Part shown: one piece after another, positions 1-11,138 of the stretch
Position numbering within the stretch: position 1 is the first letter of the stretch
Layout: every line of letters starts with the position of its first letter
Assembly: GCF_001194135.2 (NCBI RefSeq)
Contig: NC_068988.1
Coordinates: 20,886,735-20,921,846, forward strand
Source of the DNA: Octopus bimaculoides
Taxonomy: Eukaryota
Length of the DNA stretch: 35,112 bases
Direction of reading: 5' to 3'
Made by a program: the position numbers and the translations under genes
The notes under the pieces: model-generated
Told to the model about the DNA's origin: nothing
Databases searched by the model: none
What the model saw: the letters and a program-made list of their open reading frames with translations, nothing else

Positions 1-28
<28 letters not shown>
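1..28. repeat. (AT)n microsatellite
   Basis: Pure AT dinucleotide run at the window start. Confidence 0.97.
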
Positions 29-31
<3 letters not shown>

Positions 32-744
32 TTTCTGAAAAACATCAGCAACAAGAAATAAAATGGCTACAAGAAGGAATCAAAAAACTAAACCCAAGGC
101 TAACCTCACTGGGAACTCTTGGCATTCATCACCTACTTTGACTAATGCTAAAACAAGAACAAAAATAATTGTAATAACGGTTTCATAGATTCAGTGAACT
201 GAATTTATCTGGTATATATTGAGCCTAGTAAAATGAAAGTCAAAGTTGAACATAATGAAATTTGAACAGAGATCATAGACAAGATAAAACTGAACACTGC
301 AAAGTATTTATCCCATTTCTGTCAACTTGCAACTCTATTAATAATGATAATAATAATTGTTTCAAATATAGGTGGCAAGACACTTGGGAAAAGGGTACTG
401 TTGATTATACTGACCCTAGGAGTTGACCAGTGTTTTTATTTTATTGAGCTAGAGCTGGGAAAATGCAAAATTACCCTCAATAAGATTTGAACTCGGGATA
501 TAAAGGCATGCAACTAAATACTGCAAAGTAGTTTGATGCTCTCTTTGTTCTTTTATGCAAGTTATGTACAAAACTAGAAATTATGCAGTAGGCTGCCAGT
601 AATTCCTTAGTCTTTATTTTATTGATCCCAAAAGAAAGAAAGGTATGGAAGAATCTAGTAGGTTTGAATTCAAAGTGTAGAGGGCCCTAATCAAATACCA
701 GAAGGCATCAAGTCAACTGCTCTAACAATTCAACCGAATAATAA

Positions 745-960
745 TAACCCTTCTTTCTATATGCACTCAGCCTGAAATTTGTGGGGAGGGGACTAGTCAA
801 TGACATTGACCCCAGTCAGTGATCGACTGGTACTTAGTTTATCAACCCTGAAAGGATGAACGGCGAAGTCAACCTTGGCAGAATTTGAACTCAGAACAGA
901 AAGACGGACAAAATGCAGCTAAGCATTTTGCCCTGCATGCTAATAATTCTGCCAGCTCAC
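745..960 (-). mobile_element. SINE family C copy (tRNA-like head, conserved central domain), diverged
   Basis: Reverse-complement homology to copies at 19649-19882 and 28153-28369 (actggtactta..atcaaccctgaaaggatgaa..gtcaaccttggcagaatttgaactcagaac..ctgccagctcac). Confidence 0.85.
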
Positions 961-1024
961 AAGGCCAGGGATTTTTTGTAGGACTGGACAGTTAATTTAA
1001 TTGACCTTTCAATACTTGACCAGT

Positions 1025-1398
1025 GTGGAGGCGCAATGGCCCAGTGGTTAGGGCAGCAGACTCGCGGTCATAGGATCGCGGTTTTGATTCCCAGACCGGG
1101 TGTTGTGAGTGTTTATTGAGCGAAAACACCTAAAGCTCCACGAGGCTCCGGCAGGGAATAGTGGTGAACCCTGCTGTACTCTTTCATCACAACTTTCTCT
1201 CACTCTTACTTCCTGTTTCTGTTGTGCCTGTAATTCAAAGGGTCAGCCTTGTCGCGCTGAATATCCCCGAGAACTACGTTAAAGGTACACGTGTCTGCGG
1301 AGTGCTAAACCACTTGCACGTCAATTTCACGAGCAGGCTGTTCTGTTGATTGGATCAACTGGAACCCTTGAAGTCATAAGCGACGGAGTGCCAACAAC
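1025..1398 (+). mobile_element. SINE family A copy 1 (tRNA-derived head, (AAC)n tail)
   Basis: Head gtggaggcgcaatggcccagtggttagggcagc with A/B-box-like motifs, near-identical to five other copies. Flanked by acttgaccagtg (1014-1025) and acttgaccggtg (1397-1408), an 11/12 TSD. Inserted into a decayed family-C-like sequence. Confidence 0.95.
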
Positions 1399-1697
1399 TT
1401 GACCGGTGCTTATCTCATCAACAACCACCCATCAGAAAGATGACAAGCCAAATTAACCTCTGCAGGATTTAACTCAATATAAATAACACTAATAAGGATA
1501 ATATCAATAAAATTTCCAACAACCAACCCACAGTCAAGTATGACCAGCTTGAAACATAAAAACTTCTAATGCAAATAACCACAATTGTTAAGAGTTAGTG
1601 TTATTCCAAAATATGGAACACAAGTTTATATATAAAAGATTAGTAATGAATAGAACATACAAAAACATGGCTTATAAAGGATAACTATTTTCATACC

Positions 1698-1771
1698 GCT
1701 TACCACTTCACCATTGAAAACCTGGGAATTTCAAAACTTACCTGAAAAACAGAAAGAAAGAGAAAAAAGAC
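1698..1771 (-). other. Candidate recursive splice site / 38-nt RS-exon: (Y)n-CAG|GTAAGT with a second donor GTAAGC
   Basis: Minus strand reads gtcttttttctctttctttctgtttttcag|gtaagttttgaaattcccaggttttcaatggtgaagtg|gtaagc. AG at 1743-1742, GT at 1741-1740, second GT at 1703-1702. Confidence 0.4.
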
Positions 1772-2306
1772 ATTAATATCAATATATGAAATAAATAGGA
1801 GAGAGAGGGAGAGAGAGAGAGAGAGAGTATGTGTGAATATATACACACAGAGGATTGTGCAAATTTAAAAGTAAAACACCACCAAACTGGAGGCTTTATA
1901 GTGCGTACAATAGCAGTTACAATGATATTGTGAGTACTAGCTAAATACTGGGGTTGATACAATTGAATGTTCTGTCTCCAGAAGTTTCTGGCTTTGTGTC
2001 TACATAAGAAAATTGTTGTTGTTGCTGTTGTTATGGTAAAAGTAATAACAATAATAGTTAAAAACTGGTATAATAATGGGCTTGAAATACACCAGACAAT
2101 GAGACTGCATTCAAATCCAACCTATGGATTGGCATGGTCCTTCATACCACCAAAAAAGAACTAGTTGGGGATGTTAGCCTTTATTGATATACAACAAACT
2201 TATTGTACACTGTGCTTAGGTGCTCTACATTAAGTAGATTTGTGATCAAAAGTGATTATTTCATCTTTTCTTTTTTTCTTCACTGTATATAGGACTGTTT
2301 TTTTTA

Positions 2307-2752
2307 GTGGAGGCGCAATGGCCCAGTGGTTAGGGCAGCGGACTCGCAGTCATAGGATCGCGGTTTCGATTCCCAGACCAGGCGTTCTGAGTGTTTATTG
2401 AACCAAAACACCTAAAGCTCCACGGGGCTCCAGCAGGGGATGGTGGCGAACCCTGCTGTACTCTTTCACCACAACTTTCTCTCACTCTTTCTTCCTATTT
2501 CTGTTGTACCTGTATTTCAAAGGGCCAGCCTTGTCACACTACGTCATGCTGAATATCCCCGGGAACTACNNNNNNNNNNTTCAAAGGGCCAGCCTTGTCA
2601 CACTACGTCATGCTGAATATCCCCGGGAACTACGTTAAGGGTACACGTGTCTGTGGAATGTTCAGCCACTTGCACGTTAATTTCACGAGCAGGCTGTTCC
2701 GTTGATCGGATCGACTGGAACCCTCGACGTCGTAAGCAACGGACTGCCAACT
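2307..2752 (+). mobile_element. SINE family A copy 2 (contains a 10-N gap with duplicated flanks)
   Basis: Same head and body as copy 1. Perfect 13-bp TSD ataggactgtttt at 2289-2301 and 2755-2767. Confidence 0.95.
2516..2633. other. Assembly artefact: 54-bp sequence duplicated across a 10-N gap
   Basis: 2516-2569 is identical to 2580-2633, separated by N at 2570-2579. Other family A copies carry the segment once. Confidence 0.85.
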
Positions 2753-3058
2753 GGATAGGACTGTTTTATGAACCGTTTTGTTTCTTTTTAAGATGGCAGA
2801 ATAGGATTTTGAGAAAGTTTGGGAGCTATTTCTAACAAGTTAAATAATCACTTTGAGGCTCTTTCACTGACTTATGTCAGTACAAATAATATGCCAGAAC
2901 AGATTCAATTGATGATGCCCACTTACCCACACGTTTGTGGCCTTGTGTCAAAGCTAGAAAATCAATATCTATCTAATCACATTGTGCTCACACATCTTAC
3001 TCGGGCCACCTTGTCCTTAAAACAGAGGGTAGGAAAATGGGAGTCTGAAATTCATATG

Positions 3059-3061
<3 letters not shown>

Positions 3062-3094
<33 letters not shown>
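3062..3094. repeat. (CA)n microsatellite
   Basis: Direct inspection. Confidence 0.95.
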
Positions 3095-3098
<4 letters not shown>

Positions 3099-3462
3099 AT
3101 CAAAGAAGGAAGAATTAGTCTCATATTATTATATTTGGGTGTTGTCATCATAAATCAAGAAAATCTCAGACTCTCCTTTGAGAATAAATATTAGGTCAAC
3201 TGTACACGAGAAATAAATATAAAATAAAAATGAGAATACAATTGAGTGTTTAAACACAATGCTAAGTGTGGTATTATTAACAAAATACTGTCAATACTAT
3301 AATAGGATAGAAATACTCTTGTCTGAGTTTGTAGACTGAAATCTCTTTTATATCTTATAGCAAAATATGACAACACACACAATATATTACTTATATCTGT
3401 TCTATTCTCCAAGAGTTTTATCTACCCCCTACACCAGCTATTTATTGTAGCATGCAGAATAC

Positions 3463-3501
3463 CAGCAGTTGTTTTATGGATGACTGCACAAGAGAATATA
3501 A
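3463..3501 (-). CDS. Candidate 39-nt phase-1/phase-1 coding exon (IIFSCAVIHKTTAG) of an unidentified gene
   Basis: Long polypyrimidine acceptor (ttttcattttctttcag, AG 3503-3502) and weak donor GTATTC (3462-3457). In frame with candidate exon 6016-6098. Confidence 0.25.
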
Positions 3502-4249
3502 CTGAAAGAAAATGAAAATTGAAACAAAAAGGAGAATGAAAACAAAATCAGAAGTTTCCTTTGTTTGGTATTCGAAGAAAAGCAAAAAAAAAAAGTAAAT
3601 AGCAAGCTTCTTAAAACTAGCAAGAAACATAGAAAAACAGAAATCTTGGCTGTTTCAACACACAAACTAGTGACATTGCAGAAATCTTATTAATTTTGCA
3701 GTGATGAAAATCTAGATATAAAAACAAAATGGCCCCTACATCTAAAAGAGAGAATTTATTATGAACTAAAACAAAAGAACATCATAACAACACTGAAATG
3801 TCATAATGTCATGTTTTAAATAGCGTGTGTTCTCAGTTTATTTTCTATACAGTCTTATTTTGCTTTATTTCTCAAATTTTTCGGTTAACTTTTATATAAT
3901 ATCCAAATAAATCCTATATTATTTTCTAAATGCATTTAACATCATAACAATTTTCATTACTATTTTTCGGAGGATGTATTAGCTGGATGGCTGCACAGAA
4001 TATTCTACCTCTGCCAAGCCTTCTTACCATTTCCTTTGAGAAGAAACATCTTTAGGTCACAACAAACAGTTCTCATAGTACAAATCCTTAGACTACCACA
4101 TGTGTGCCACAGAATCCAATAATCTTTACAACTTTGACTGAACAAAACCCTTTTCAAGCAATCAGTGCCTATCTTGCATCTTTGAGGCAATGTATGTATA
4201 TCGTTCACAATAAACACACATACACATGCATTTATATAAAGATCCCCTT

Positions 4250-4553
4250 CGGTTATGCATGACCATGGGATTGCACAAGTCCAGGCAAGGTTGTTTATGG
4301 AAGACAAGTAGTCGCCCATGCATATCAGTCTCTGCTCTCCACACCACCACTGTTATCCAAGGGAAAGACAAAGGTTGATACAGTTAGCTTGGCACCAGTG
4401 ACATAGTACCACATTTCTACAGCAGGGTGAACTGCAGCAACGTGAAATAAAGTGTCTTGCTCAAGAACATTACACACAGCCTGGCCTAGGAATCAAACTC
4501 ACTACGCCATGATTGTGAGCCCAATGCTCTAACCACTGAGCCATGTGCCTTCA
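4250..4553 (-). mobile_element. SINE family E (tRNA head plus CORE-like tgttcttgagcaagacacttt segment)
   Basis: Reverse strand shows a tRNA-like head (gaaggcacatggctcagtggttagagcattgggctcacaatc) followed by cttgagcaagacactttatttcacgttgc. Homologous to 26525-26775. Confidence 0.8.
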
Positions 4554-4568
4554 CATACATACATACAT

Positions 4569-4731
4569 GTGGCTGTGTGGTAAGTAGCTTGCATACCAAC
4601 CACATGGTTCTGGGTTCAGTCCCACTGCGTGGCACCTTGAGCAAGTGTCTTCTACTATAGCCTCGGGCTGACCAAAGCCTTGTGAGTGGATTTGGTAAAC
4701 GGAAACTGAAAGAAGCCCATTGTATATATAT
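4569..4731 (+). mobile_element. SINE family B 5' half (runs into (TA)n and a gap)
   Basis: gtggctgtgtggtaagtagcttgc..cagtcccactgcgtggcaccttgagcaagtgtcttctactatagcc..gaaactgaaagaagccc, shared with 9590, 10684, 31668 and 34934 copies. Confidence 0.92.
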
Positions 4732-5244
4732 NNNNNNNNNNNNNNNNNNNNNNNNNNNNNNNNNNNNNNNNNNNNNNNNNNNNNNNNNNNNNNNNNNNNN
4801 NNNNNNNNNNNNNNNNNNNNNNNNNNNNNNNNNNNNNNNNNNNNNNNNNNNNNNNNNNNNNNNNNNNNNNNNNNNNNNNNNNNNNNNNNNNNNNNNNNNN
4901 NNNNNNNNNNNNNNNNNNNNNNNNNNNNNNNNNNNNNNNNNNNNNNNNNNNNNNNNNNNNNNNNNNNNNNNNNNNNNNNNNNNNNNNNNNNNNNNNNNNN
5001 NNNNNNNNNNNNNNNNNNNNNNNNNNNNNNNNNNNNNNNNNNNNNNNNNNNNNNNNNNNNNNNNNNNNNNNNNNNNNNNNNNNNNNNNNNNNNNNNNNNN
5101 NNNNNNNNNNNNNNNNNNNNNNNNNNNNNNNNNNNNNNNNNNNNNNNNNNNNNNNNNNNNNNNNNNNNNNNNNNNNNNNNNNNNNNNNNNNNNNNNNNNN
5201 NNNNNNNNNNNNNNNNNNNNNNNNNNNNNNNNNNNNNNNNNNNN
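4732..5244. other. Assembly gap (N run)
   Basis: Largest N block. Other gaps are at 2570-2579, 12930-13026, 23124-23198, 28535-28669, 30041-30170, 30683-30692 and 31924-32030. Confidence 1.
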
Positions 5245-5310
5245 GTCTATAATCAAAATGTATGAAATTGGATCGCATTTTGATAAACCATTTTGTCTGT
5301 TACACAAAGT

Positions 5311-5312
<2 letters not shown>

Positions 5313-5348
<36 letters not shown>

Positions 5349-5352
5349 CACA
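5313..5352. repeat. (CA)n microsatellite
   Basis: Direct inspection. Confidence 0.95.
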
Positions 5353-6015
5353 GAGTTATATTATTACTGATAATAAAGAGTACTCTTAAAGCAAACCAAC
5401 ACCTCTTAAATGCTACACATAAAATTAAAAATACATAGATTAAGAAACTGTATCTTTTAGTTAATCTAACCTACTTCAGTGATGCTCTTTCTTGTCCCAG
5501 CACTAAACTGCATTCCAGCTATTGTCATCTTCAGCACTAAAACAGGAACTGAAGTCTCCGGTTTCCAAACACTTTAATTTCTTGTTTTCTTAACTTTTTT
5601 CTTATTGCTCCGATGTTATAAAGAACAACATTTCTAACAACTGGCAATCATGTTTTTTGAAGTGAAAGATAATCTGTTTTCGCTAAGAAAGGCACAGATC
5701 TATCTTACAATTCTTCTAGTCATTACTTAGCAACTGTCAGGGTTGTTTTGTCATGGCGGATGTTTTATGGCTTAAAGGAGAAAGAACAGAACCCATAACT
5801 TTTACGGTGTCTCAGACTGGTCGAGAAAGAGAGAGAGAGAGGACAAAACCATGACTGACAGGCTGCAACAGTAGGAAACTATACCAAGTCATCAACTTAT
5901 CATCAGATAGCAAAACATGGTCTGAATGCTTGCAACAGAGTGGACTGTGCTTAAAGGCATCCATTGGCCAAGTGGTAGCATTAAACTAGCCGACAAATTT
6001 ACTAGCGGTACTTAC

Positions 6016-6076
6016 TCAAAATCATCAATACCAACACCAGCAATGGGTAATTTGGTCCACTAACTAACTCAGCCAT
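6016..6076 (-). CDS. Candidate first coding exon portion (MAELVSGPNYPLLVLVLMIL) within an 83-nt exon at 6016-6098
   Basis: Acceptor gttatttacag (AG 6100-6099) and donor GTAAGT (6015-6010). Only one frame is open. ATG at 6076-6074 sits in a strong context (agaATGg). The hydrophobic run resembles a signal peptide. Confidence 0.35.
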
Positions 6077-6286
6077 TCTTAAAGTACTATAGCCAGAACT
6101 GTAAATAACTTATTTATCATAACCTTGTACTAGCTGCACTTGAAATACTGTAATATAATGACACTTAAATATCACCATCTGACGTATATGCAACATCATG
6201 TTATACTTCTCTGTAAGCAATATTGTATCCATGCCTCACACTATGTGCATCCTATCACTAATCAGGCTGTGGTTACCCTCACTATA

Positions 6287-6681
6287 GTGGAGGCGCAATG
6301 GCCCAGTGGTTAGGGCAACAGACTCGCGGTCATAGGATCACGGTTTTGATTCCCAGACCGGGCGTTGTGAGTGTTTATTGAACGAAAACACCTAAAAGCT
6401 CCACGAGGCTCCGGCAGGGGATGGTGACGACCCCTGTTGTACTCTTCCACCCCAACTTTCTCTTACTCTTACTTCCTGTTTCTGTTGTGCCTGTAATTCA
6501 AAGGGTCAGCCGTGTCACACTGTGTCATGCTGAATCTCCCCAAGAACTACATTAAGGGTACACATGTCTGTGGAGTGCTCAGCCACTTGCATGTTAATTT
6601 CACGAGCAGGCTGTTCAGTTGATCGGATCAACTGGAACCCTCGACGTCGTAAGCGACAGAGTGCCACCAACAACAACAACA
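6287..6681 (+). mobile_element. SINE family A copy 3 (full length)
   Basis: Full head to (AAC)n tail. Perfect 13-bp TSD accctcactatag at 6275-6287 and 6682-6694. Confidence 0.96.
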
Positions 6682-7084
6682 ACCCTCACTATAGACAGAG
6701 ATCTTATTCTCCTATTAGTTAAGCAACTTTCCCTCCATGAATTTTATTCAACATGCTGATTACGTTGCAGTTAATAAAGATCCTCATTGGAAAGAAATGG
6801 TTAACTATTTTTTAACAGGACTTCTGATAGAAATTAATTTGTCCTCAACTATATTAGTTAAGTCTCTGTAATTTATGAGGTTAACCTGTTCTCTGTAAAG
6901 TTTGAATGAACGAATGTATATGTGTGTTTGTATGTGTGTACCTATGTACATATGCTTCAGAAACAAACAGGAGAAATAGAACATTAGCATATATACTTCT
7001 ATATTTTTTTAATCGGCAGGAAGTTATGAAAATCTCAGCCCCTAAGCCACTTTTGTAAGTTTCTGTGTTTTGAAAAAAATTTAC

Positions 7085-7281
7085 CCAAAAAGCACTGGTG
7101 ATGGTTCCATGTAAAAAGCACCCAGTACACTTTGTAAAGTGAATGACATTAGGAAGAGCATTCAGCTGTAGAAACCAAGCCAAAACAGACTATGGAACCT
7201 GGTGTAGCTCCTGGTCTTGCCAGCTCATGTCAAAGTATCCAACCCATGCCAACATAGAAAATGGACATTAAATGATGATGG
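7085..7281 (+). mobile_element. SINE/RTE-tail family D copy, diverged
   Basis: cattaggaagagcattcagctgtagaaac..ccaacccatgccaacatagaaaatggacattaaatgatgatg, homologous to 24781-24966 and 33483-33703. Confidence 0.8.
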
Positions 7282-8036
7282 TATATAGATGACTGTGTTG
7301 TTCACTTCACAACCACATGCTCTTGGGTTTGGTCCTAAAGTGCAGCAGCTTGGGTAAATATCTTCTGGTTAACTAAAGCTCTGAGAGAGAATTTGATAAA
7401 TGGAAACAGTAAGAGGCCCATTACACATGTATATACATTTGTGTGTCTGTGTAAGTGAACATGTAGCCATAAACAGACACTAATGGCATTAATTAGAGTG
7501 CCAGTTAACACTCCATAACAATAATGGGACACACATTGTCTTAGTGCACTGACCACATGATCACTACTAGTTCAAAACAAGTTGTTATATTATATGTTCT
7601 CCTTATGTAAAGCATACAACTCGTGTTTCATAATTCCAGTTGGTTAACACCCAGGCCTCACTCCTTCAAAACAAGTGTTTTATAGCATTTGTGCATTTCA
7701 GAAAACAGCAATATCTGTTACACATTGAATTTCCCTTGTGAGAATGTTCAACAGTCACATCGTCTAGCGGCAGCAGCAGTGATGATGGGGGGGGGGAGTG
7801 ATGGTGATGGTGCTATTGTTTTAAAAATAGTTTCACCAAACTCATCTCCCAGTCATATGATGATAACATTTCATGACTAAGAAATACTGACTTTGCGAAA
7901 TTTTATGAAACCTCTTAATGAAAGACATAGGGATCTTAGCAGACAAATTTCCTTCAAATTATAGCCTGATGTCTTAAAACATGAAGAGCACAATAGATAA
8001 TATTGTCTTGGATACATTATGACAATAAAAAAAAAC

Positions 8037-8037
<1 letters not shown>

Positions 8038-8082
<45 letters not shown>

Positions 8083-8134
8083 GGCTTCGTATATTTTACC
8101 CCAGTGTCACTTTGATGGCATGCACTGCTCTCTC

Positions 8135-8175
<41 letters not shown>
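8038..8175 (+). repeat. Two (AAT)n arrays bracketing a ~55-bp non-repetitive insert
   Basis: (AAT)n 8038-8080, then gggcttcgtatattttacccagtgtcactttgatggcatgcactgctctctc, then (AAT)n 8136-8175. Confidence 0.85.
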
Positions 8176-8176
<1 letters not shown>

Positions 8177-8424
8177 GAAATGATCGTGTCTGCAATATTT
8201 TTTATCATAGTCAGCTCCACTAGGTTGACATGGGTTGAACATCATTACATGTAAACAATGAATTTCAAAGAAAACCAGACTTGAAAAAAAAAAGATTTCA
8301 TTAAATAATTTTGTAGGTTAACTACGACATTATGTGATAATTACACTGTGACCTAGAATATTCTGCAAATATTGAAACCTTATTTAAAACCATTTCTATA
8401 ACAAACTGTTGGGATTTTCCAGTA

Positions 8425-8640
8425 GTAAATAATCATGATTTAACATCATCTAATTTCCATGCTGACATAAGTTAGATGGTTTGACAATATCCACTGAGCC
8501 ACAAGACTGTGTTGAGCTTTTAATGTCAGCTTTGGTATGGTTTCTTTGGCTGGCTGCACATCCTAACACCAACTTCATTACAATGTGTACTGGATGTTTT
8601 TCTCATGCCACCAGCACTACTGAAGTCACCAAGTAAAGAC
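8425..8640 (-). mobile_element. Family D copy, old
   Basis: catcatctaatttccatgctgacataagttagatgg..ggatgtttttctcatgccaccagcac is the reverse complement of family D. Confidence 0.6.
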
Positions 8641-8735
8641 AAGAAAAAAAACCCTTGACTAAATGGACAGAGTATTTGAGATGGGGAGGTAGCTTTATGC
8701 CAGAGGCTGAGAGGTTAAAATATCGAGTTCATTAA

Positions 8736-8959
8736 CTCTTTCATTACTTTATTTCTATTAAAATACACTGCTTTCTTTTTTTTTTTTCAATTAATTTTTT
8801 TTTAAAAATGAAGAATTTAGTATAATAACTTTGTAATTATTAAGCTGGCGTTTGGGAACTTAAATTAACATGAAATTTTCATGGATGGTTTTAATTTAGA
8901 AACAGGAAGTTTGTACCGTGGAATCAAAAGTGGTGTCAGACAAGCTGGTATTAAGAACG
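8736..8959. mobile_element. piggyBac-type MITE (TTAA-flanked)
   Basis: TTAA at 8732-8735 and 8960-8963, with degenerate termini ctctttcattac..ggtattaagaacg. Body homologous to 20540-20781. Confidence 0.65.
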
Positions 8960-9589
8960 TTAAGATAATCTTTGCAAAATGAATATTAAATAATGAGGAA
9001 AATTATCTGCTTTTTTTCATACTTGGATGATTTGTTGGTTATCACTTTCTTTTAATTAAATATGATAAGCTGGTTAAAATCAACTGATACAATTCATTGG
9101 CAATAATAATGATAAACAATCTTCCTGGTGAAATTATGTTGCTACCACTCAGAATAGACAAAGATCATCCTTTTGTGGATAACTGGGCATGATATTCTTG
9201 TTCAAGTTGTGATTATCATATACTTCAGCCTTGTCAGCAGCAGTAGATTTTCTAGTGTTTCCTGCCATTGAAGGTGCTTGGTCTAGTTGGGAGGGTGTTG
9301 CACTCACTGTCATTAAACCATTGTTATGATTCCCAGACCGAGCAAGGAGTTTCACATTACACCAGTTTACTCACTTCCAGCAATAGTTAGGAAGTTAACT
9401 TTGCAACAGACCAACATCTCATTTAGGGGGTAACTGTTGTAATCCTAATCACTGTGGAAATCGGGTTAAGCTCCAGCCGTATGAATCTTAGGGCTCAAGA
9501 TAGACGCTTTCTATAAGTAATAACCTCTACTGTATCTTTCCTATCCATAAAACATAGATGAGAAAATAGATTTACTCTTTTACTCATTT

Positions 9590-9960
9590 CCCCTTTTACT
9601 TGTTTCAGTCATTTGACTGTGGCCATGCTGGAGCACTGCCTTTAGTCGAGCAAATCGACCCCAGGATTTATTCTTTGTAAGCCTAGTACTTATTCTATCG
9701 GTCTCTTTTGCCGAACTGCTAAGTTACAGGACGTAAACACACCAGCATCGGTTGTCAAGCCCGTCGTATATATATATATATATATACATATATACGACGG
9801 GCTTCTTTCAGTTTCCGTCTACCAAATCCACTCACAAGGTATTGGTCGACCCGAGGCTATCGTAGAAGACACTTGCCCAAGGTGCCATGCAGTGGGACTG
9901 AACCCAGAACTATGTGGTTAGTAAGCAAGCTACTTGCCACACAACCACTCCTGCGCCTAT
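9590..9960 (-). mobile_element. SINE family B copy with a fold-back at the internal (TA)n
   Basis: 3' module (cttgtttcagtcatttgactgtggccatgctggagcac) and head (ccacacaaccactcctgcgcctat) are both present. The internal region 9757-9804 is palindromic. Confidence 0.93.
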
Positions 9961-10418
9961 GTTAGATTTATTAAGATTTAAGCTCAACAGTCTGTGACAA
10001 CATTAAAAAGACAAATGAGAGCAGTTGCTTCTCAGGGTACATAATGACAGCTAGGTTGGGAGGATAAAAGAAACCTTACCAGAGCACAGCCGTCTCTACA
10101 CAATAATCTCTAATTCAATTCATTGATTATTTTGAATAACCAGTTAATTTAATGTGTAAACTAAAATACATTTCAAACTCTTCAAGCAGAGTTTTAAATC
10201 TTTCAATATAGGTTAGCAGTAGGAAATCTCACATTGTTAGTATAAAGTCCTGTGTAAATTGTAAAAAAAAATAATAATAAACAAAAAGAGGGGGCACTGC
10301 AGCATACTGCAATCCTAGTCCATGTGCACATCCTACATTCAATCAATAACTAACATTTTCTCACACTAATGGAATCCCTTGAAAAACAGAAAAATAAATG
10401 AATTAATGGGTTTTTAAT

Positions 10419-10454
<36 letters not shown>

Positions 10455-10683
10455 ATTTGTCATAAAGGATATAATTAGATAACTAATCAATGTTGTACTC
10501 CTAACACAGCCCCAAACCAACGTTTGTGCAGGTAGACTTAGAAAACTACCAGCTCTGAAGACCTTCAACTAGTTAATGTCAGTGCTTCTTTGAAACTATT
10601 TCTGTATTCACTCTTTCATGTTGTGAGTTGAATGGGTCAAGCCAAAAGCTATATATTTGCCTGTCTTTTTTGTTTGTTTTTCT

Positions 10684-10912
10684 TTACTCTTTTACTTGTT
10701 TCAGTCATTTTGACAGTGGCCATGCTGGAGCACCGCCTTTTAGTCGAACAAATCGACCCCAGGACATATTCTTTGTAAGCCTAGTACTTATTCTATCGGT
10801 CTCTTTTGCCAAACTGCTAAGTTATGGGGACGTAAACACACCAGCATCAGTTGTCAAGCGACGTTGGGGGGGACAAATACAGACACACAAACATACACAC
10901 ACACACACACAC

Positions 10913-10975
<63 letters not shown>

Positions 10976-11138
10976 CGGGCTTCTTTCAGTTTCCGTCTAC
11001 CAAATCCACTCACAAGGCTTTGATCAGTTTGAGGCTATAGTAGAAGACACTTGCCCAAGATGCCACGCAGTGGGACTGAACCCGGAACCATGTGGTTGGT
11101 AAGCAAGCTACTTACAACACAGCCACTCCTACGCCTAT
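10684..11138 (-). mobile_element. SINE family B copy, full length, with internal (CA)n/(TA)n
   Basis: Both modules are present around a (TA)n run at about 10914-10973. Confidence 0.95.

Noticed and set aside
1161-1349. 62-aa ORF and similar ORFs at 2647-2835, 23041-23262 and 32635-32877 (shared LNIPENYVKGTRVCG peptide)
   Set aside because: All lie inside family A SINE copies. The recurring peptide only reflects the repeat consensus.
2516-2633. Apparent 54-bp tandem duplication inside a SINE
   Set aside because: The copies are identical and separated by a 10-N gap, typical of an unmerged contig overlap.
4005-4319. 104-aa minus-strand ORF with a GTAAGA donor near 4030
   Set aside because: It starts within SINE E and TG-rich sequence, has no good acceptor in a compatible phase, and has no recognisable homology.
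4486-5389. Long ORFs of 181-287 aa in the track
   Set aside because: They span the 513-N gap, and their length comes from X residues.
6275-6287. accctcactatag resembles a T3/T7 phage promoter hybrid (possible vector contamination)
   Set aside because: It is the 13-bp TSD of SINE A copy 3, repeated at 6682-6694, and lacks the full phage promoter consensus.
9149-9355. 68-aa minus-strand ORF with plausible composition
   Set aside because: Its 5' part overlaps a decayed SINE (gagtaaactggtgtaatgtgaaa.. resembles family E). I found no convincing acceptor and no recognisable domain.
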